A stretch of DNA of 22,409 bases from Fimbriimonadales bacterium (lineage in GTDB: Bacteria > Armatimonadota > Fimbriimonadia > Fimbriimonadales > JABRVX01). This document shows positions 16,626-22,409 of this stretch, in pieces. Numbering within the stretch: position 1 is the stretch's first letter; each line of letters starts with the position of its first letter. A program made the position numbers and the translations under genes. Location of the stretch: assembly GCA_045862955.1 (NCBI GenBank), contig BTVI01000045.1:1-22409 (forward strand), given 5' to 3'. The notes under the pieces were generated by a model. The model did no database searches and was not told the origin of the DNA. It worked only from the letters and a program-made list of their open reading frames with translations.

Positions 16626-19280
16626 ATGCACAGAATGCGCATCGGTGTTGTATCGCTGGCCATGCTGGTCTGCTTCACGATGATGCTCGACGCCGCCGCA
16701 CAGACGCTCACGAAGGAGGTCCTCGACACCTTCTCGTGGCGCAGCATCGGGCCGGCGAGCATGGGTGGACGGGTGTCGGACATCGCAGTGGTGGAGAGTA
16801 ACCCGTTCACTTTCTACGTTGGCATGGCGACGGGTGGCGTGCTGAAGACCGTGAACAACGGCACGAGCTGGACCCCGGTGTTCGATTCCCAACCCGTGCA
16901 GTCCATCGGTGCTGTCGCCATCGCGCCCTCCAACCCGGAGGTGGTATGGGTGGGTACCGGTGAGCCGAGCGGTCGCAACAGCTCCGGCTGGGGCAACGGG
17001 GTGTATCGTACCACCGATGGCGGCAAGACATGGCAGCACCTCGGACTGGAGGACACCCATCACATTGCTCGCATTCTCGTAGCGCCGGATGACCCGGACA
17101 CTGCCTATGTCGCTGCTGTAGGCCGACTGTGGGGCTACCACCCGCAGAGGGGTGTGTTCAAGACTACCGATGGCGGCAAGACGTGGCAGCACGTGCTGAA
17201 GGTGGACGACAAGACGGGCGCGATCGACATAGCCTTCGGAGAGCCCGGAAGCGGCATCATGTTCGCTGCCATGTACCAGCGACTTCGGACGCCATGGGGA
17301 TTCCAGGGCGTCGGCGAGGGGTCTGGGCTGTACCGTTCCACCGATAACGGGAACACCTGGACCAAGCTAACCGAAGGGCTGCCCAAGGGGCCACTGGGTC
17401 GGATCGGCATCGCGGTGTCACGTAGCAACCCGAAGGTAGTGATGGCGGTAATCGAGAGTCACGTAGGCGGGGGCGGGCAGGTGTTCAACTCTCGCAGTCC
17501 GGAGGGTGGAGTGTTCCGCTCCGAGGACTCCGGTCTGACGTGGAAACGAGTAAACCAGAACGTACCACGTGGCTTCTACTTCAGCAAGATCCGCATAGAC
17601 CCCAAAGACGATAAGAAGGTGTACCAGCTCGGATTTCAGATAACGCGCTCGACCGATGGTGGCACGACATTCCGCGGTGGGTACTCGGGCAACATTCATC
17701 CGGACGTGCACGCGATGTGGATCGATCCCGAGAAGCCCGAGCACGCCATCGTCGGCACCGACGGTGGAATCTATGTCACCTATGACGATGGCGCAAAGTG
17801 GGACTTCTTGAGCAACTTCCCGCTGGGGCAGTTCTATGAGATCACCGCTGACGACAGGGACCCGTTCCACGTGTACGGCGGTTTGCAGGACAACGGCAGT
17901 TGGGGCGGTCCCATCGCCACTCGCACCACGACTGGTGTCAGCAACGCGGACTGGTATAGTGTCGGTGGCGGCGACGGATTCTACGTGCAGGTGGACCCGC
18001 GCGATCCGAACATCATCTACTCGGAAACCCAGAACGGGGCGGTGAGGCGTCTCGACCGAAAGAACGGGCAATCGAAGAATATCCGTCCGTCCGCACCCGA
18101 GGGCACACCCAGCTACCGGTTCAATTGGAACACTCCGCTGCTATTGTCACCACACAATCCCGATGTGCTGTACATCGGTGGGAACAGGCTCTTCCGCGTG
18201 ACGCAGCAAGGCGACTGGTGGGAACCCATCAGCCCCGACCTCTCGAAGATGCATCCGGAACGCATCACCACCGCAGGTTCCGGCGCCGAGACCTATGGAA
18301 CCATCGTAACGATCTCCGAGTCGCTCCGAAAGCCAGGCCTGATATGGGTCGGAACAGACGACGGCAACGTGTGGGTGACGCGCAACGGTGGCAAACAGTG
18401 GGACGAGGTGGGCAAGAACCTTCCCGCTAAGGTACGGGACCTGTGGGTGTCGCGCATCGAAGCCTCGCGCTTTCACGAGGGGACTGCCTACCTGTCTTTC
18501 GACGGACACCGCAGCGATGTGTTCGAGCCGCTGCTGTTCGTAACACGCGACTATGGGAAGACCTGGCGCGCTATTCACGGGGATCTGCCGGGGCACCACC
18601 CGATCCAGGTGGTACGCGAGAGTCCACTGGCTGCCGGGGTGCTGTTAGTGGGCACGTCGTTCGGCTGCTTCCTTTCCAACGATGAAGGAGCACACTGGCT
18701 TCCTTTGATGAAGAACCTGCCTGCGGTGGAGGTGGACGACATTCTCATTCATCGCCGGGACCACACCATCGTAGCGGCGACGCACGGGCGCAGCCTGTAC
18801 GTTTTGGACAAGGCTACTCCGCTGCTGGAGCTGACTCCCGCGGTGATGGAGAAGCGGTTCCACCTCTTCTCACTCCCGCCTGTGGCCGCCTACATCCCCG
18901 TCTCGGGCAGTCAGCTCTCTACGAGGGAGTTCGTCGCCCCCAACCCACCGAGGGGTCTGGACATCTACTACTGGCTACGCGACGAAGCCGAGGGGGAGGG
19001 ACCGATCATCACCGTCACCGATTCCACCGGCAAGACCATCCATCGTCGCACCGGCTCTAGCGAGAAGGGTCTGCGGGTGGTTCGGTGGGATTTGAGCATC
19101 GGAGAGACTGCCACACCTTCCGGGCAGAGGGGACGCGGCGAGGAGGACTCGCCCCCCCTGGTAGCGCCCGGGACGTACACGGTCACCCTAACAGTAGGCG
19201 AAAGCTCGATGACTACGGAGCTGCGAGTGACAGGCGTGGTCACGGAACCGAGTTCTAAGCCCGGTGAAGACGGCACATAA
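16626..19280 (+). CDS. BNR/Asp-box repeat beta-propeller protein (VPS10/sortilin-like, putative glycosyl hydrolase)
   Basis: 884 aa; signal peptide; WRSIGPA.MGGRV; Asp-boxes RTTDGGKTW, KTTDGGKTW, RSTDNGNTW, RSEDSGLTW, VTYDDGAKW, VTRNGGKQW, VTRDYGKTW; GGLQDNGSW, GGGDGF, ATHGRS; GGGAGG RBS. Confidence 0.9.
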   Translation: MHRMRIGVVSLAMLVCFTMMLDAAAQTLTKEVLDTFSWRSIGPASMGGRVSDIAVVESNPFTFYVGMATGGVLKTVNNGTSWTPVFDSQPVQSIGAVAIAPSNPEVVWVGTGEPSGRNSSGWGNGVYRTTDGGKTWQHLGLEDTHHIARILVAPDDPDTAYVAAVGRLWGYHPQRGVFKTTDGGKTWQHVLKVDDKTGAIDIAFGEPGSGIMFAAMYQRLRTPWGFQGVGEGSGLYRSTDNGNTWTKLTEGLPKGPLGRIGIAVSRSNPKVVMAVIESHVGGGGQVFNSRSPEGGVFRSEDSGLTWKRVNQNVPRGFYFSKIRIDPKDDKKVYQLGFQITRSTDGGTTFRGGYSGNIHPDVHAMWIDPEKPEHAIVGTDGGIYVTYDDGAKWDFLSNFPLGQFYEITADDRDPFHVYGGLQDNGSWGGPIATRTTTGVSNADWYSVGGGDGFYVQVDPRDPNIIYSETQNGAVRRLDRKNGQSKNIRPSAPEGTPSYRFNWNTPLLLSPHNPDVLYIGGNRLFRVTQQGDWWEPISPDLSKMHPERITTAGSGAETYGTIVTISESLRKPGLIWVGTDDGNVWVTRNGGKQWDEVGKNLPAKVRDLWVSRIEASRFHEGTAYLSFDGHRSDVFEPLLFVTRDYGKTWRAIHGDLPGHHPIQVVRESPLAAGVLLVGTSFGCFLSNDEGAHWLPLMKNLPAVEVDDILIHRRDHTIVAATHGRSLYVLDKATPLLELTPAVMEKRFHLFSLPPVAAYIPVSGSQLSTREFVAPNPPRGLDIYYWLRDEAEGEGPIITVTDSTGKTIHRRTGSSEKGLRVVRWDLSIGETATPSGQRGRGEEDSPPLVAPGTYTVTLTVGESSMTTELRVTGVVTEPSSKPGEDGT

Positions 19281-19339
19281 CTCGGAGGTGGCACCGGAGG
19301 TGCAGGCGCCGCCCCCGTCGGCTCACCCTTGCGTTCTGC

Positions 19340-19999
19340 CTACTTGCGCCTGCGGCTGAGAGCGAGCAGGGCTCCAACTCCGACGGCTAGGCCTGCCACA
19401 TGACTCGGTTCGGGCACTATGCGCACGTGCTTCTCTACGATAGGAAGCGCCGCGATCGCGCTCGGGTCAATCTTCTTCTCGTCGCCGTCCATGTACGTCA
19501 CACCGGTCAGGTCGAAGGTCTCCTGAATCCGAATCTTCCGGACCGGGGCAAAGTCGTACGTTCGCGTGCTCGGCTGCGAAGCGTCTGTGCCGGCGTCACT
19601 CACGAGTAGCAGGGGCTCATCGTTAGAGATGTCGAAGATGAGCTCGGTCCACTCGATCCGCGGGTTCTGCGCAAAGGGTCCGGGCACGAGAGACCCCAAG
19701 AGGTCCACCGTTATGCGGTCGATCAGATACGGCTCCGGAGCGAAGATCTCGCAGACGATTGTCAGCATTCCATCTTGCCGGTTCGTGCCATTGCCCACGA
19801 ACGCGTCGGGGGCGAGAAAGTTCGCATCGGTGTCGAAGATTCGGTCGGCGCCGATCTGGACCGAACCGAAGAGCACCGTCGAGGCTCCAGCCGACAGGTC
19901 GCCCGCGATCAGGCAGTTCCAGGTGACATACAGGTCGCTCGCCGCCGCTGGGCGCACGAACGCCGCAAGCAGCAAAGCCGGGAGAAGTCCTTTCTTCAT
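19340..19999 (-). CDS. PEP-CTERM sorting domain surface protein
   Basis: 219 aa from ATG 19999 (GGAGG RBS); signal peptide MKKGLLPALLLAAFVRPAAA; C-terminus VPEPS + hydrophobic helix + RRRK. Confidence 0.92.
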   Translation of the reverse strand: MKKGLLPALLLAAFVRPAAASDLYVTWNCLIAGDLSAGASTVLFGSVQIGADRIFDTDANFLAPDAFVGNGTNRQDGMLTIVCEIFAPEPYLIDRITVDLLGSLVPGPFAQNPRIEWTELIFDISNDEPLLLVSDAGTDASQPSTRTYDFAPVRKIRIQETFDLTGVTYMDGDEKKIDPSAIAALPIVEKHVRIVPEPSHVAGLAVGVGALLALSRRRK

Positions 20000-20071
20000 C
20001 AGTACCTCCAGGTTGCCAGCAAAGAACAACAAATCATCCGGGCCGCCGAGCGGCGCCCCGCTTCTTCTAGC

Positions 20072-20100
20072 AGTCTACAGCAAATACCGTCATTCGTCAA
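20072..20100 (-). promoter_or_regulatory. Sigma70-type promoter of the PEP-CTERM gene
   Basis: TTGACG (20100-20095), 17-nt spacer, TAGACT (20077-20072). Confidence 0.65.
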
Positions 20101-20193
20101 GCGAGCATATCGCAATTTCCTCAGGAACCGAGCGATCCACGTTCTCGTAATGGACGCGGTATCGTCGCTCGAGCCCTTCGGACCGGCTCGGGC

Positions 20194-20202
20194 TGCTACA
20201 AT
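20194..20202 (+). promoter_or_regulatory. Extended -10 element upstream of the dipeptidase gene
   Basis: TGcTACAAT, followed by GGAGG (20211-20215) and TTG start at 20226. Confidence 0.5.
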
Positions 20203-20225
20203 GGCCGCCCGGAGGTTGTCCGCAC

Positions 20226-20945
20226 TTGACGCCGAGAAAACCGTCCATTCTGGAGCCCGTTTCTCAGCTTCGCCGCGTTCGCATCGTCGAATGCGGCGAG
20301 CCGCTGGTGGAGTTCCTTCGCGTCTGCCCAGATCTGCACATGCTGCCCTCGCGGTTCCGCTATCGGCGCGAGGTGCTGCTCCGTGAGACGGTGGCAAACA
20401 TGCTCTGCCGCGCCAACGCGCTGCTGCCGAAGGGCTACCGGCTCGGCATCATCGAGGGATGGCGCGCCCCGCACATCCAGCAGAGGCTCTACTTGTGGAG
20501 TTGGAATCGCTTCCGGGATAGGCATCCCGATTGGTCCGAGGCCAAACTGAAACGCACGGTGAACCGCTTCACCGCTCCAATGAACGGTCGTGTGCCGCCC
20601 CCGCACACCACGGGAGGCGCTGTGGACCTGCTGCTGGCCGACAGCGAAGGCAACGCACTGGACCACCTATCGCCGTACGAGCGGTTCGACCCTCGGGGCT
20701 ACCCGATGGACGCGCCGAACCTGACCGAAGAGGCCCGCATGCACCGGCAGATTCTGGCCGAGGCGCTGAGCGAGGTCGGCCTCACCAACTACCCCAGCGA
20801 GTATTGGCACTGGAGCTACGGCGACCAAGGCTGGGCGTACCGCGGCCACCATCCCCACGCGATATACGGAGCTATCCAGCCCGCGGACTGGGAGCCGGAC
20901 CCGGCCGACCTGGCGGAAGGGCCCCTCGAGCTGGCCTCCGACTGA
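20226..20945 (+). CDS. D-alanyl-D-alanine dipeptidase (peptidase M15, VanX/DdpX-like)
   Basis: 239 aa; EGWRA (catalytic Arg), PPHTTGGAVD (His/Asp zinc ligands), YPSEYWHWSYGD (ExxH). Confidence 0.9.
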   Translation: MTPRKPSILEPVSQLRRVRIVECGEPLVEFLRVCPDLHMLPSRFRYRREVLLRETVANMLCRANALLPKGYRLGIIEGWRAPHIQQRLYLWSWNRFRDRHPDWSEAKLKRTVNRFTAPMNGRVPPPHTTGGAVDLLLADSEGNALDHLSPYERFDPRGYPMDAPNLTEEARMHRQILAEALSEVGLTNYPSEYWHWSYGDQGWAYRGHHPHAIYGAIQPADWEPDPADLAEGPLELASD

Positions 20946-20979
20946 GCCGCGTCGGTCATAATCGGGTGAGGAGGTTGCC

Positions 20980-22017
20980 GTGAAAGCCTATGCTATCGCC
21001 CTATCGCTCGCAGTTCTGACCGTTGCATGGTCACAACCCACCGATGCTGCGAAGCCCGACCCGCTAAGGGGCGAGCGCCCAATTATCGTCAAGGTCCTCG
21101 TGCTCAACTTCGATCCTATCATCCCGCAAGAGGGGAACAAGCGACTGACACAAGTCGTCGGGTGGAACGATCCACGCAAACTGGCCGAGGGATACATCGC
21201 CGATCTACGTGAGGCGACTGGAGGTCTAATCCGTTACACCATTCGCGAATGGGTGGACATCGACACGTTCCACACGAAGATAGACGGTTTCACCTACACG
21301 CCGGAGCAGTATATGGAGTGCCACAAGACGGGCAAGGGTTGGCATAGTCCTGATACGGCCGACTATCTCAAAACCTTCAAGGATTACGACGTCATACGCC
21401 GTGTGGAGAGCGGCGACATAGACGAAGTGTGGTTCATGGGTGGACCGTATTTCGGCTACGACGAGTCTGCCATGGCTGGAAAGGATGCCTTCTACATCAA
21501 CGGCGCGGTGTATGGCTACGACAAGGTCCCATGCAAAAAGGCCTTTGCGGTTATGGGCTTCAACTACGAGCGCGGTGTTGCCGAGATGCTCCACGACCTC
21601 TGCCACCGCACGGAGAGCACGATGTCGCGTGTGTATGGCGGCTGGAAGGTCGAAGAGCTGACGACCAACTGGGCGCGCTTTGCGGCCAACGCCGTGCAGT
21701 CGGGTGGTGTGGCGGCAGTGGGTACCTGTCACTATCCACCAAATGCGATGGACGGGTACGACTATGACAACAAGCGCGTCGTGCAGAGTACCGCGGACGA
21801 CTGGCTGAACTACCCGAAGCTAACAGGCGCAAAGAAGCCGGTGTCGTGCGAGAACTGGGGCGGCCCGGACTACCATCGCAACTACATGAAGTGGTGGTTT
21901 GCCAGACTCCCTCGGGCGCCCGGCTGGAACGAAGACGGCCGCCTCAACAACTGGTGGCGTTACGTCTTCGAGTTCAACGACTACGACGAACGCGGCAAGC
22001 CGCGGAAGGCGCAGTAG
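20980..22017 (+). CDS. Secreted hypothetical protein
   Basis: 345 aa; GTG start with AGGAGG RBS; signal peptide; GC-rich third codon positions; aromatic-rich; no family I can name with certainty. Confidence 0.85.
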   Translation: MKAYAIALSLAVLTVAWSQPTDAAKPDPLRGERPIIVKVLVLNFDPIIPQEGNKRLTQVVGWNDPRKLAEGYIADLREATGGLIRYTIREWVDIDTFHTKIDGFTYTPEQYMECHKTGKGWHSPDTADYLKTFKDYDVIRRVESGDIDEVWFMGGPYFGYDESAMAGKDAFYINGAVYGYDKVPCKKAFAVMGFNYERGVAEMLHDLCHRTESTMSRVYGGWKVEELTTNWARFAANAVQSGGVAAVGTCHYPPNAMDGYDYDNKRVVQSTADDWLNYPKLTGAKKPVSCENWGGPDYHRNYMKWWFARLPRAPGWNEDGRLNNWWRYVFEFNDYDERGKPRKAQ

Positions 22018-22041
22018 GTACGCCGCCACCTCCCCTATTGT

Positions 22042-22114
22042 CATGTCCCGGCCCGCGTCCGCGGACTAGCAGCTACCGACGGCATGGCTCGAACCCAAGG
22101 ACCGCGCCGGGGCA
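22042..22114 (-). repeat. 73-bp dispersed element, copy D
   Basis: Reverse complement TGCCCCGGCGCGGTCCTTGGGTT-N26-TCCGCGGACGCGGGCCGGGACATG. Confidence 0.85.
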
Positions 22115-22140
22115 CGAAGCGTCCAGGCATGGAAAATCTG

Positions 22141-22182
22141 CTCCCTCTCCCCCGTGCGCGGGGGAGAGGGCTGGGGTGAGGG
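22141..22182 (-). repeat. CCCTCACCCC-tailed hairpin repeat, copy 2
   Basis: Reverse complement CCCTCACCCCAGCCCTCTCCCCCG-CGCA-CGGGGGAGAGGGAG. Confidence 0.85.
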
Positions 22183-22307
22183 GGCCATCACCGGCCGCTG
22201 GCGTTGGCTGCCTCGACGTTCGACTGCGCGGGGGGGTCGCTGGGTGAGAGCGTGGCAGCAGACGGCAGCCGAAACGTCTAGGCATGGAAACGTACGGCCG
22301 GCGGTCC

Positions 22308-22371
22308 CATGCTTCGACAGGCTCAGCATGACGTCACCAGTGCCCCATCCTCTGCGAGGGGTGAGGCATAG
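22308..22371. repeat. CGTC-REP copy plus TGCCCCA...GGGGTGRGGCATAG hairpin module
   Basis: CATGCTTCGACAGGCTCAGCATGACG at 22308-22333; 22326-22371 matches 4825-4870 at 37/46 positions without gaps. Confidence 0.85.
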
Positions 22372-22409
22372 GGACCACATGCCTGCCGGCTGTGTGCCAC
22401 GCAGCGTGC

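Noticed and set aside
20226..20945. vanX vancomycin-resistance locus
   Set aside because: No vanH/vanA/vanRS neighbours; stand-alone M15 dipeptidases are common.

Overview
GC-rich bacterial chromosomal region with 11 supportable CDSs and two tRNAs. The PEP-CTERM protein points to a diderm lineage; Armatimonadota-like is a guess I cannot confirm. Genes in order: large secreted zinc metalloprotease (+), leuS (-), DPP-IV/S9 peptidase with a C-terminal VHL-beta-like domain (+), ogt (+), GH95 alpha-fucosidase (-), tRNA-Val(CAC) and tRNA-Leu(GAG) (-), LTXXQ/Spy-like protein (+), sialate O-acetylesterase (+), BNR/Asp-box propeller protein (+), PEP-CTERM protein (-), M15 D-Ala-D-Ala dipeptidase (+), secreted hypothetical protein (+). 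I see no transposase, integrase, cas or defence gene. Two things stand out. (1) The VHL-like domain keeps all five hydroxyproline-pocket residues of human pVHL at ungapped spacing and is fused to a peptidase of a proline-directed family. (2) The long intergenic spacers are mosaics of at least five short repeat families: a 27-bp CGTC-tagged REP palindrome in tandem arrays, a 72-73-bp element with conserved arms and a fixed-length 26-nt variable core, a ~135-bp fold-back element, and two hairpin families. All alignments and counts were done by eye.
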